Shown here in pieces: positions 35,001 to 54,223 of a stretch of 64,000 nt of DNA. The position numbers were made by a program, and so were the translations under genes. Position 1 is the first letter of the stretch, and every line of letters begins with the position of its first letter. The notes beneath the pieces were generated by a model. It ran no database searches. It saw only the letters and a program-made list of their open reading frames with translations, and was not told where the DNA came from. The DNA comes from Leucoraja erinacea (lineage: Eukaryota). The stretch spans positions 19,840,001 through 19,904,000 of the forward strand of contig NC_073407.1 of the NCBI RefSeq assembly GCF_028641065.1. The letters run 5' to 3'.

Positions 35001-35793
35001 TTCACTGAACACCTCCACTCAGTCTGCCTTAAACTTCCTGATATCCCGGTTGCTCAGCACTTTAACACCCCCTCCCATCCCAAAATGACCTTTCTGTCCT
35101 GGGCCTCCTCCGTTGTCAGAGTGAGGCCCAGTGTAAACTGGAGGAATAGCATCTCATATTTCGCTTGGGTAGTTTACACCCCAGCGTTATGAACATTTAC
35201 TTCTCTAACTTCAAATAGCCCTGGCTTTCCCTCTCTCTCCATCCCCTCCCGTTTCCCAGTTCTCCCACCAGTCTTCCTGTCTCCGACTACATTTAATCTG
35301 TCCCGCCCACTCACCTGACGTCAAGTCTGAAGAAGGGTCTCGACCCGAAACATCACCCATTCCTTCTCTCCAGAGATGCTGCCTGTCCCGCTGAGTTACT
35401 CCGGCATTTTGTGTCTATCACACATATATACACACACTGAACTTGTTTTTGTCGTTTATTATATCGTTTACAGAGTACTGTTTACATATTCTGTTATGCT
35501 GCTGCAAGTAAGAATGTCATTGTTCTAGCTAGGACATGTGACAATAAAACATTCTTGGCTTGTCTCGTGATCAATCTGAAGAAGTAAAACACGAAATGCT
35601 GGAGTAACTCAGCGGCTCACTAAAGTAAAAGGCGTCGTTGCCTGTCCATTCCTTCAACGGACGCTGCCTGACCCGTTGAGTCCCTCCAGCACTTTGTGTT
35701 TTGAGTTTCCGTCCACTGGCTTTTACCTTCAGCGGGTACATCGTCCTCTTCATGCTCCACATTAACAGCCGGCTCTCCATTCGGTCCCGACAT
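31820..35793 (-). CDS. BBLN: Bublin coiled-coil protein (C9orf16), gene span, 85 aa
   Basis: Exon 1 35793-35727 and exon 2 32010-31820; MSGPNGEP...EEYDTLNLMLDQIDSCLDNLEEKND...LLESNRQARMEF matches recalled human C9orf16. Confidence 0.95.
32400..33160 (+). mobile_element. Penelope-like retroelement fragment (RT C-terminus, Cys-rich linker, GIY-YIG start)
   Basis: GTFPCNCSRCNTYP...CSWCSQCGLYIGETK. Confidence 0.85.
33334..34355 (-). mobile_element. Penelope-like element inserted into a SINE
   Basis: LTFHPI..QHIILRNFRHLQRDP, GIY-YIG remnant and terminal repeat; flanked by 12-bp direct repeat CAGATTTGTAGG. Confidence 0.87.
33568..33597. repeat. (TGAATC)5 microsatellite
   Basis: Read directly; same unit as the LINE tails at ~37328 and ~42675. 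Confidence 0.9.
34670..35420 (+). mobile_element. Penelope-like element 3' part with terminal repeat
   Basis: LQRDPTT, ctacatcggtgagaccaagcgc (YIGETKR), terminal repeat with hammerhead-like core. Confidence 0.87.
35324..35358 (+). ncRNA. Minimal type I hammerhead-ribozyme-like motif in a PLE terminal repeat
   Basis: CTGAAGA-A-GGG-TCTCGA-CCC-GAAA-C-ATC-ACC; other copies have GAAACGTC. Confidence 0.6.
35727..35793 (-). CDS. BBLN: BBLN exon 1 coding part
   Basis: ATG TCG GGA CCG AAT GGA = MSGPNG; donor GAAG|gtaaaa, phase 1. Confidence 0.93.
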
Positions 35794-36559
35794 TGCAACA
35801 AAATCCTCTTCCCCGGGGATTGTAGCAACTGGAGCTTCACCTCTGACCTCAATGTAACAACCGGCTGCAAGGGGCCCTAACGCGGGGTGTCCCTAACCCG
35901 CCTGAGAAACGCTCCCTTAATTAATCGTCCATTATTTTTGTTCCTAAATCATTTCAAGTACAAAAAAAGAACATAATTCGGAGGATTATCATAGATTCCG
36001 GCAGCGAGGCAGACAGTCGGCTGCGAGGACGATCTTGTTGCAATGTCAGCAGTTTGCTCTTGGTTGAAAGGGTTCGCTTAAAAACCCTGGAGGAAAAGGA
36101 TAGAAAGTCATTAACTTCAGGCCACGACATTTGTTAAAGTAAGAAAAGCTCATCCAAGAACCCCTGAGAAACGTTGTAACCAAAAAAAACGTTATCATAG
36201 CTATAATGTAAGAGGCCAGAAACAACATAATACTGATTGAAGAATGAAACGCATGTTTGTTAATAAATAAGTATATCAGATTTTTGAAGAATTCACGTGC
36301 TGTGTATCAACATGGTGTGGGTTTAGATCTGAGAGGAGAGTTAGGGGGGCAGGATTGATGCTGAAGAGACCACCTCTGACAGTACATACTCAGTGTTGAG
36401 TTGCAGATAATTCATTTAGTCAGATCTGAGGTCACATAATTTTCAATCCCACATTTTCAAATGTAGTAGTGCACACTGATAATGCCATTTCCACATTGAA
36501 TGTCTTTCAGTGAAAGTAGGGCACACAGTATTGGGGGATATGTGTTAATATGGATCCGT

Positions 36560-37620
36560 TTTCACAAAATTCGTCTTTCTTGGACTGAAAAGATGCAAAT
36601 GGAGGAGTACCCCAAGGATCAGTTTTTATTTCAATTATTCCCTTTTTATAGGACCGACTCGGAGGACGGGACAGGGTCAATTTTGCCGAAGATACAAAAA
36701 TAATTGGGATGGGCATGTTGTGCTGACGATGTTTGACTCTGCAAAAGTCTACAGATGATTTGAGTGAAGGAAGTGGAAACTAAATGAGGGGAAAAGAAGA
36801 AGTAATGCAATTGTGTAAAAAATATCATAAGCCGGATTATTATCTAAAAAGAAAGTGCGATTGTAAATAAGTGCGGTATAGAGGGATCCCTTACCTGAAT
36901 CAGAAAAAAAACAGCAGGTGGGTACAGCATGGTAGGAAAGCAAATAGCATTTTTTTTTTGTAAGGGAATTTGAAGTTTAACAATAAAAAAGGTTAAAATT
37001 GTACAGGTTGTACGAGGATGTCTGGAGAGGTTGTCTGGAGTACTATATATTATTTAGACTCCTTATTTAAGAAATTATATCACAAGTGATTGTCAAGGTT
37101 AATTAATGGAAGGATTTTCTTGTCACAAACAACTAAAGAAGTTGGACTTCTATTCTTTGGCGTTTAGAAGAATGAAGGGTGAGCTTATTCAAGATTCACG
37201 GAGGCCTGACCTGGAGAGTGAGAGTCTCAAATGAGGGGACGAATTCATAAGAAATATGGTTGGCATTTAAAACTGAAGAGTGCAGGAAGTTCTTCCCACA
37301 GAGAATGGTGAATCTTTGGAATTCTCTCAGATTCAGATTCAATTTTAATTGTCATTGTCAGTGTACAGTACAGAGACAACGAAATGCATTAGAGACAATG
37401 AAATGCATCTCCTCCAGAGGATTATGGAAGCGGGATAATTGGAGGTATTTAAGGAGGAGGTAGCTCATTATTTTTGAAAGATTAGAGAACTGAGAGCTTT
37501 GGGGAATTGATGCAAAAGAAAAGATGAGACCTTCGGCAGATCAGCCATGTTTGTATTGAATGGTGGGCAGGCTTGAGGGGGCGAGGGGACCATTCTGGCA
37601 GCTATTTTATGGTGTTCTTG
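36560..37620 (+). mobile_element. Old CR1 LINE fragment between BBLN and PTGES2
   Basis: GVPQGS-like remnant, FFPQRMVNLWNSL, CR1 tail; interrupted by a (attcag)n-tailed LINE end at ~37328-37392. Confidence 0.75.
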
Positions 37621-38699
37621 AAATGCACACAGGAATTTCAAGTTGTGAACGTTGGTCCAAAAATGTCAGTAAAACCACAAGGAGCGAAGAAGGGTGGGAC
37701 TCAAAAAGTCACTTTTCCATGTTCTCCAGAGATGTTGCCTGACCCACTGAGTTACTACAGCACTTTGGGGTTTTTTTCCCTAAAAATGCCAGTTCTGCCT
37801 TACATTTTCAACTCTTAACCAATTAAAATATTTCAGAAAATACAGATTCACAAACTATCATATTTAGATGGAAACACAAGGAAGTGCAAATGTAGGATTC
37901 TTGAGCAAAATACACAGTGCTGGAGTAACACTGCAGGTCATAGAGTTATACTGTATGGAAATAGGCCATTTGGCCCAACTTGTTCATACTGACTAGGATC
38001 TATGCTAGTCCCATCAGGCAACATTTATGGGAGGAATGAACAAACGTTGTTTAGGTTGGGACCCCTCTTCTGACTGAATGTCGGAGGGGGGAGAAAGCTG
38101 GAAAAGAGGTAGTGGGACAAAGTCTAGCAAGTGATAGGTAGATACAGGCGAAGGGGATTTGATGGTTGTGAGTTGGAATCCAATGCTTATCCCCTCCAGA
38201 GACAGAGGCCAATTAAAAAAAATCCGTTGTCGGTCTGGCTGAGTCAATTGATTAGACTGTTTGCCTTTGCGATATTAGAGCTAGTGATTATCTATTAAAA
38301 TATCGAGGTATCTCGTTTTTCAAAGGTTTTTATTTATTTTTGTTTGTTAAATTAAAACATATATATTGTTGTGCTCTTATTATAAAGAATGGCACACTTG
38401 TTATGTTTTGGGGCTGGTGACACCGAGGCAATTCTCATGGTAAGGTTAAAAGGACTAAATGTGGTCGTGATTATTGGATTTTTGATTTGAGCAGTGATTG
38501 GAGTCAGCTTACATTTTACGTTTCACAAGCAAAATTATTTTATCAGCACTGTAATAGGTCAGGAACTCAATCGACGAGGAACTCTGTTGTACAGTTGAAA
38601 TGCCAAGAAGGCACCTGAAAGGAGAACAAAAAACGGCATTGGAGCAATGCAATGCGCCTTTAAAAATACCAGGACTGAACCTCTTTCCGCGACGTAAAG

Positions 38700-46452
<7,753 letters not shown>

Positions 46453-47069
46453 ACATTTCCATTCATTTTGAACAGACAACTGGATCTTTATGCAGAGAAG
46501 AATGGGATTTATTTAAAAGCTCACAAAACATTCACCCTTTGTTAACAAAGAGTGTGAATTGGTGCAATTCATAGCTTAAATCAGGTCTAAAGCAAACATC
46601 AGGGCAAGCTTAATATTAAAATAAAATTGATGAATGTAATCTTGTGCTGTTTTGATCCTAACTCCATTCAAGTGCTGGAATCTTGAGCAAAACACAAAGT
46701 GCTGGAGGAACTCAATGGGTCAGGCAAAAATAATAAGCAAAAATAAAATGAACAACTGAATTATCCTAAACACACACCAATCCAGTGCATTTGTGGAGGG
46801 AATGAACAAGTTAATGTTTCTGCTGTGATACTTAAGAACTAGTAACAGTGGTCTACTTTTAAATAGGAACAAGGAACGGGAGAGAAAAAGGAACCAAAAT
46901 ATACAGATCGAATTATTGGTAGGAAGACTGTTACGTGCACATGTCGTCTCTTTCATGGCCCTTTGTTTCACTTGAGTGCTGTTTTCCTTTTCCTGAAAAA
47001 TTAGAGAGCAGAAGAATATTCTCTAAGGTTTGAGCCAATATTTATTTCTGCAAGAATGGAACAATATTA

Positions 47070-47222
47070 TCTAATCATCATCACATTGAATTGTTCTAAT
47101 TGCAATTGGCTGCCATATTTTCGGCATGGCAACAATTGCTATTCTCACGGTTTCACTGGGCATATCGCATCATTTTAGAGCCCAAGGTCAAGAACGGCGC
47201 TGTAAAGATGCAAGTTCTCTTT
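47070..47222 (+). mobile_element. Ancient DeuSINE/AmnSINE-like 3' remnant
   Basis: aattggctgcc...ggcgctgtaaagatgcaagt resembles the recalled Deu-SINE tail. Confidence 0.4.
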
Positions 47223-47944
47223 TTTTCCTTTTTTTTAATATATTGAATCGATTTCCTTTGGTGCTGTGAAAATACAAATACCCTGATACATGGTTTTCCA
47301 ATAAGATACACCTTGATTCATGACTTTCCATCCTGGCTTAATTGCAAGATAATTCAATTCTACCTCTTTTCAGATCGACAGTAGTTTAACAATCCAGGAT
47401 ACACCAGGTTTGTTTAGCAGGGTCAAGAAAGACTGTCCTCTTTTAGCTAAGGCAATTTAATAAATACAAACCTCCAGGTGTCGTCTTTCTTACAGTTTGG
47501 CTTTCTTCCCAACCAATTGTTCAAGCTCTTTTGATTGCAACATGCGCCTTAATTTAGTTCAACAATCCACCCCCTTGTTCTGACGATCTCTGGTTCTAGA
47601 CTATCCTGTGTTAAGTCCTTAAGTGTTAAATTTTGATGTGATTTCTTATTCCACACTCTAGATTATGTAAGCTTAGTGTACTCAATCACACCTCCTACAA
47701 CAAGCCCATCATCCCTGGATAGACACAAAATGCCTTTTTCACACAAAGGGTGGTGGGTGTATGGAACAAGCTGCCAGAGGGGGTAGTTGAGGCACAGACT
47801 ATCCCAACATTTAAGAAACAGACAGGTACATGAATAAGCCAGGTTTGGAGGGATATGGACCAAATGCATGCAGCTGGGACATGTTGGCCGGTGTGAGCTA
47901 GTGGGGGTCGTAGTGTTTCAATGTAGCACTTAATAACTGAGAAC

Positions 47945-48385
47945 GAATGGGTGACTTTTCGGGTCGAGACCCATCTTCAGACTGAAAGTCGGGAGGGGGA
48001 GATACAGAGATATGGAAGCGTAAGGTGTGAGAATGCGACATCAAAGGGGATGGAGATCAAGGGAAACAAGTGTTACTTGAAGTTAGAAGTCAATGTTCAT
48101 ACTGTGGGGTGTAAGCTGCACAAGCAAAATATGATGTGCTGTTCCTCCAAGTTGCGTTGGGCCTGACTGATAATGGAGGAGGACCAGGACAGAAAGGTCA
48201 GATTGGGAATGGGAGGGAGTGTTAAAGTGCTGAGCAACCGGGATATCCAGTAGGTTATGGCGGACTGAGGGAAGGTGTTCAGCAAAACGATTGCCGAGCC
48301 TGTGCTTGGTGTCGCCAATGCAGAGAAGTTGACCCAGGAACGGCGGATACAGTAGATGAGGTTGGAGGAAGTGCCTCACCCTGGA
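47945..48385 (-). mobile_element. Penelope-like GIY-YIG fragment with terminal repeat
   Basis: CIGDTKHRLGNRFAEHL...VAQHFN. Confidence 0.87.
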
Positions 48386-48859
48386 ATCAGGCTAATGAAT
48401 CTTCACTGGACTTCATCAATGGAAGGTATATACTTTTATAGGTAAGACTAACAGTGCACAAACTTCCAGATGTGGACTTGTCTAAGCTCAACAAAATTGT
48501 AGTGCTTCTCTGCTCAAGTCCTTCACGATGAAAGCCAATGTGCCATTTGCCTTCCCAATTGCCTGTGGTGCCTGTATATTCCTCAGTGACCTTTGAACAA
48601 ATGAATGAAAGTTATGCAAAAAGCAACGATGATCAAGGAAAGGTGGAGCCCGCAATGGTCCATTAAAATGTGCGGTAGGTAATAACGAGTTATACAGACA
48701 GTATTCGAACATGATATTTAGGAGGTATACTCATCTTTTGCTTATATATGTGTAAGAAGGGGCTGCAGATGCTGGTTTACATCGAAGATAATTGTGTGGC
48801 TATCATCAGCTTGTATATCTAGGATTGCAAAGGCCAACAAAGGGCTGTTCATATTTGGA

Positions 48860-49105
48860 GTGGTTGCCATGGTTATCAACAGCAAGCAGAACCCGGAAGT
48901 CCAGACGCCCGCTTTGAGTGGGCGGGGCCAGGTTCAGGGGAGCAACCAATCGGAGCGCGACAGGATCCGTTGAGGCGATTTGAATGGACCAACCAGAGGC
49001 GGTGAAAGCGCATCCGGACGTGACGTTCGGCTGCACATCTGTCGGAAGTGGCTGCAAGCTTCAATCAACCGCTTCAGGTGGACGTTCGCGACGGAGCTTC
49101 ACAAG
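48860..49105 (+). promoter_or_regulatory. ODF2: CpG-rich ODF2 promoter and non-coding exon 1
   Basis: X-box-like GTTGCCATGGTTAT 48863-48876, ETS CCGGAAGT 48893-48900, GC box 48920-48927, CCAAT 48946-48950, TGACGT 49021-49026, donor CAAG|gtgagg after 49105. Confidence 0.75.
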
Positions 49106-49492
49106 GTGAGGAAGATGGACGCAAAATGCTGGGCTAACTCAGCGGGACAGGCGGCTGCTCTGGAGAGAAGGAATGCGTGAGGTTTCAGGTCGAGACCCTT
49201 CTTCAAACTGAGAGTCAGGGGAGAGGGAGACTAGAGATAAGGAAGGGTAGTAAGGTGTGAAAACGGCAGATCTAAATGGTTCTAAACAGATGCCGATCAT
49301 GGAAATGCAGATAATATGGCTGAGGGGGAGATGACAAGGTGGCGTACAGTCAGTACAATTAATCAGGAGGACAGTGAAACTAGTCGGAGAACTAGGGTGG
49401 GGGAGGGACGGGGTAAGACTTTCATTGTGTAAGAAGGAACTGCAGATGTTGGTTTAAATCGAAGATGGACACAAAAAGCTGGAGTAACTTGT

Positions 49493-49705
49493 AGAAACAT
49501 AGAAATTAGGTGCAGGAGTAGGCCATTCGGCCCTTCGAGCCTGCACCGCCATTCAATATGATCATGGCTGATCATCCAACTCAGTATCCCGTACCTGCCT
49601 TCTCTCCAACCCCCTGATCCCCTTAGCCACAAGGGCCACATCTAACTCCCTCTTAATATGGAACTGGTCAACTACCCTCTGTCAGAGAGTTCCAGAGATT
49701 CACAG
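49493..49705 (-). mobile_element. CR1 3' tail inserted into a Penelope-derived repeat
   Basis: agaaacatagaaa...ggccattcggcccttcgagcc interrupts ggagtaact...agcatctctagagag. Confidence 0.75.
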
Positions 49706-49787
49706 GCGTCAGCATCTCTAGAGAGACCCTTCTTCAGACTTCCACTGTTCTATCTGGGACAAATGACAATAAAACACTCTTGACTAT

Positions 49788-49809
49788 AGAGAGAGAGAGA
49801 GAGAGAGAG
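49788..49809. repeat. (GA)n microsatellite
   Basis: Read directly. Confidence 0.85.
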
Positions 49810-49986
49810 CGGGGGAAAGCAAGGGTTACTTGAAGTTCGATTAATCAATATTCGTACTGGATGGTAACTAAGGGTTATCAATGGAGCCGCTTTCAGTCAT
49901 TTAACCAAACAGTGGCATGGGTGGATTCATTAGTGAAAGCATGGATCCCTTCTGTTTAATCAGTTCCGTTTTTAGAAGTGTTGTCA

Positions 49987-50038
49987 ACCCGCGAAGACAA
50001 TCAAAACGGGAATCACCCGCGAAGACAATCAAAACGGG
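49987..50038. repeat. Perfect 24-bp direct repeat, period 28
   Basis: ACCCGCGAAGACAATCAAAACGGG at 49987-50010 and 50015-50038. Confidence 0.9.
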
Positions 50039-50496
50039 GCAGTAACTTCTGCTGGGTGACAAAAATGATCACAATTTTACGTGCCCAGAAAGATCGCACT
50101 ATTGGTGGGCCAAGTATGTGTAGAAAGGAACTGCAGATGCTGGTTTAACCGAAGATAGACACAAAAAGCTGGAGTAACTCAGCGGGTCAGACACCATATC
50201 TTGAGAAAAGGAATAGGTGACCCTTCGAGAAGACCCTTTTGGGTCTCGACCCGAAACATCACCTATTCCGTTTCTCCAGAGATGCTGTTTGACCCGCTGT
50301 TACTCCAGCTTTTGTGTCTACCTCCTAGTTCTGAGGGAAAGACTGAATCAATGAACGTACCGCGTCACTCTGGTTGCTTGGGGATGTTGGAGAGGAGGTG
50401 AAACAACAGGATTGTCGATGGTGCAGTGAAGTGTAAAGGCAGCGTGCCTTTTGGAAGGCGAGCAGCCGCTTCTCTACACTCTTTGGGTGAATAGTT

Positions 50497-50811
50497 AGGT
50501 TAATTTAGAGATGCAGCATAGAAACAGGTCCTTCGGCCCACCGAGTCCACGCCGACCACCGGTCACCCGTTCACACCAGTTCTATGTTATCCCACATTCG
50601 CATCCACTCCCTACACAATGGGAACAATTTACAGGGGTCAATTAGCATTCAAACCTTGCACGTCAATGTGTGCGAGGAAACCGAAGCACCCAGAGGAAAC
50701 CCACTTGATCATAGGGAGAACATGCAAACATCACACAGACAACAGTACCCGGCGTCAGGGTCGTACCCGATCTTTGGTTCTGCGAGGCAGGCGGTCCACC
50801 AGCTGCGCCAC
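50497..50811 (-). mobile_element. HE1/V-SINE-like SINE
   Basis: Same family. Confidence 0.82.
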
Positions 50812-52443
50812 TTGTTGAAGAGAGGTGGGGGTTGACATTAACCAGTGGCGAGATGTTCTTATAGGTGCACCTATAAATTAGGTGCTCTTCTCTACATATC
50901 TCACCGGCCCCTTTAATCAATCCCACGTTTACCTTCGTTTCCTTGGATGGAACGACTGCCAACAACCACTTAACTCATCGGCGACGAGGTTTAAGTGTTA
51001 TCGACCCATTAGTCTGCTGGTATTTCAGTCTAGGATTGCGACAATCACTTGTTCACAATCTGGACGTCGAAACAGACATACATACTTTTAACAAACAACG
51101 ACACTGACGTTAAGGGCGTGTGCCCAAGCTGCCGTAGGAAATTTTGAAAGAAACTCGATACTAAGGCAGCAGGCATAAGAGACCACTGGTGCCGGAATTT
51201 GGAGCAAACCACATAGCTGGTTTGCGTTGGTCTTTATTTGAAGTACATATTATACTGGAAGTCTTGCAGACGTAGGGTGTGACCCATTGTAACGATGATA
51301 GATTAGCTTTGTGACACTGGAACATCATTGTTACTCTATAGTTTAAGTTGAGCTGTAACCACTGTGAAAGGTAGACAAAAATGCTGGAGAAACTCAGCGG
51401 GTGGGAGTAGGTGCTCCATCTAGTACCTCATGGTTTCCAGCTCCAATTCCCTACCTCCCCGAACTCAGAATCGGGCAGTATATGTGGAGGGAATAGACAG
51501 GTGACTTTTCAGGCCGGGAATCTGAAAAGTCCAATCTGAAGAAGGTTCCCGACCTCAAACATCGTCTGTCCATTCCCTCCACAGATGCTGCCCTGCCAAC
51601 TGAGTTCTCCAGCAGTTTGGTTTTTGCTCAAGATTCCAACATCTGTGTCTCTGTAAACTGCAGATATTGAATCTGAAAGAGTAGAAAATGCAGGAAATAT
51701 TTTGCTGGCCAGGTGGCATTGGTGAAACAAAGTTAATATTTCAGCTCACTGACATTTCATCAACCTGAAATACATTCTGATTCCCTCTCCAAAAGTACTA
51801 TCGGATCTGCTGAGAATTTCCATCATTTTCTATTTTTTTCTTGGTTTTCTACCATCTGCGATATGTTGCTATTGGATACATGAGAAGCCAATTAACTGAA
51901 TGCTCTACTTAAGGTTACTTACTTGTTTGAAAGCAGCTGCCTTGATAGAGCATTTAGAATTTCAACATAAATCATGGTGTTTGCAATATTTGAGCTTCAC
52001 GATGACGTTTCAACACAAATCTATCTTTATGTTTGCATTTTTTGCAGATGTGATAATCATGAGTGGTTGCATTATTAATCTTATTGCATAAAGGAATTCA
52101 ATTGAATCTGCATTGTGTTGTTTCATTTTAATTCAGTTCAGATATATGCTTTATAATGAATGCCACTTGCAAACAACAGTGCTGGAAATAGAGTTCAATT
52201 CCACAGAAAATTGATTTAAATCATGATAAATTTTGGGAGGGAATGAGTATTCTCAGTTGAAACTTTTCTTTTTCTTTCATGCCGATGAAGAATTGTTACC
52301 CAATATTTTAAATAAGTTGAGTCTTTTGATTTTGATTACTAACTGATTCACAGTAGTTTAGTTTGCATATAGTCTGGGTTCTCAAAATAGTTGCATTGCT
52401 ACTACGATGGCAGTATACTGTTCATCTTCTTGAGCATCCTTGG

Positions 52444-52735
52444 GTTTAGTTTAGAGAGACAGGGCGGAAGCAGGCCTTTCGGCCCACCGAGTCTTCACTC
52501 ACCAACGATCCCCGTATGTTAGCACTATCCTACACACTAGGGATAATTTACAATTTTTGTGAAAAAAAGCCAATTAAACTACAAATCTGCACATCTTTGG
52601 AGTGTGGGAGGAAACTGGAGCACCCGAGGAAAAGCCACATGGTCACAGGGAGAATGTACAAACTCCATACAGACAGTGTCCATAATCAGGGTCAAACTTG
52701 GGTCTGCTATGTGAGGCAGCAAGTGCTGTGCTTGC
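52444..52735 (-). mobile_element. HE1/V-SINE-like SINE
   Basis: Same family; another copy follows at ~53160-53450. Confidence 0.83.
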
Positions 52736-52747
52736 CCATAACATAGA

Positions 52748-53158
52748 TTTAGAGATAGAAACATAGAAAATAGATGCAGGAGGAGGCCATTTGGCCCTTC
52801 GAACCAGCACTACCATTCATTGTGATCATGGCTGATCGTCCCCTATCCCTAACCCATGCCTCCCTTCTCCCCATATCCCTTGACTCCACTAGCCCTTAGA
52901 GCTCTATCCAACTCTCTCTTAAATCCATCCAGTGCCTTGGCCTCCACTGTCGTCTGTGGCAGGGAATTCCATAAATTCACAACTCTCTGGGTGAAAAAGT
53001 TTTTTCTCATCTCAGTCTTAAATGACCTCCCCTTTATTCTAAGACTCGCCCAACATTGAGAACATTTTTCCTGCATCTAGCTTGTCCAGTCCTTTTATAA
53101 TTTTATATGTTTCTATAAGATCTTCCCCTCATCCTTCTAAACTCCAGTGAATACAAGA
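52748..53158 (-). mobile_element. CR1 LINE 3' end
   Basis: FKTEMRKNFFTQRVVNLWNSLPQ; (atagaaac)n tail. Confidence 0.88.
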
Positions 53159-54121
53159 TTCAACATGAAACAAGTGTTTTGGCCCACCAAATCCTTGCCG
53201 ACCATCGATCACCCATACACTAGTTCTATGTTATCTTATTTTTGTATCCTACGAACTGGGAGAAAATACAGAAGCTAATTAACCTCCAAGCCTGCACATA
53301 TTTGGAATGTGGGAGGAAACGAGCACCCAGAGAAAACCCACCCAGTCACGAGGAGAACGTACAAAGTCTGCACAGACAGTACCCAAAGTCAGGATTGAAC
53401 CCAAATTCAAATCTCTGGTGCTGTGAGACAGCAGCTCTACCGCTGTGCCGTTTTCTGTGTCATTTAGTTACCTTTGTCAAATGTCTTGATGGCCAGCATT
53501 GAACCAAAGAGTTCCAAATGATCCACTCCAGACAATTAATTCTATGTTTTCGCTACCCATCCTACTTGATCCTTGACTCATAACAAAAACAGGTGTTGCA
53601 ATTGTGTATTGATATGTACTTTGTTAGAAAGAATGGACTGAATATTTACTCCTTGAGGTGAAAATATTGTTCTATTTCATTTGAATTTAGTCTGAAGATT
53701 GGTCTTGACCCAAAACGTCGCCTAGTCCTTTTCTCCGTAGATGCTGCCTCACCCGATGAGTTTCCCCAGCATTTTTTGTCTACGTTCTATTTCATTTTGT
53801 TATTTTGAATACTTTATATATAAAATGTTTCTACATAAACGATCTTGTATCACCTGGATAGACAATAGTAATGTTTTTCATTGAGAACGTATTTGAAGTA
53901 TCAAATGCAATCCCTGAAATAAATTTCTGGACGAGCACTTAAATTGCCACGGTGTAGACGATTAAGGATCAAGATCTAGGAATTTGTGTAAATTAGTATT
54001 TGACTGTTGGAATGAACTGACAAACCTGCTTCTGCGTTGTATGATTCTGTGACCAGAATATTTTGAAGATCAGCAGAACCAATCTGATTCTTTACATTAC
54101 TTTGCTCAGCTGAGAAGAGAA

Positions 54122-54223
54122 ATGAAAACAAGAACCTCTCCTCTACTTCATGTTCATGTTGATGAAACTACTCCTGTTCACGTTCATGTCAAGAAAAGTC
54201 CGAAACAAGGAAAGAGGGTCCAG
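54122..54223 (+). CDS. ODF2: ODF2 first coding exon (exon starts 54110)
   Basis: MKTRTSPLLHVHVDETTPVHVHVKK; CAG|gtaatt. Confidence 0.93.

Noticed and set aside
49987-50038. CRISPR-like direct repeat
   Set aside because: Only two units with a 4-nt spacer, in a vertebrate intron with no cas genes.
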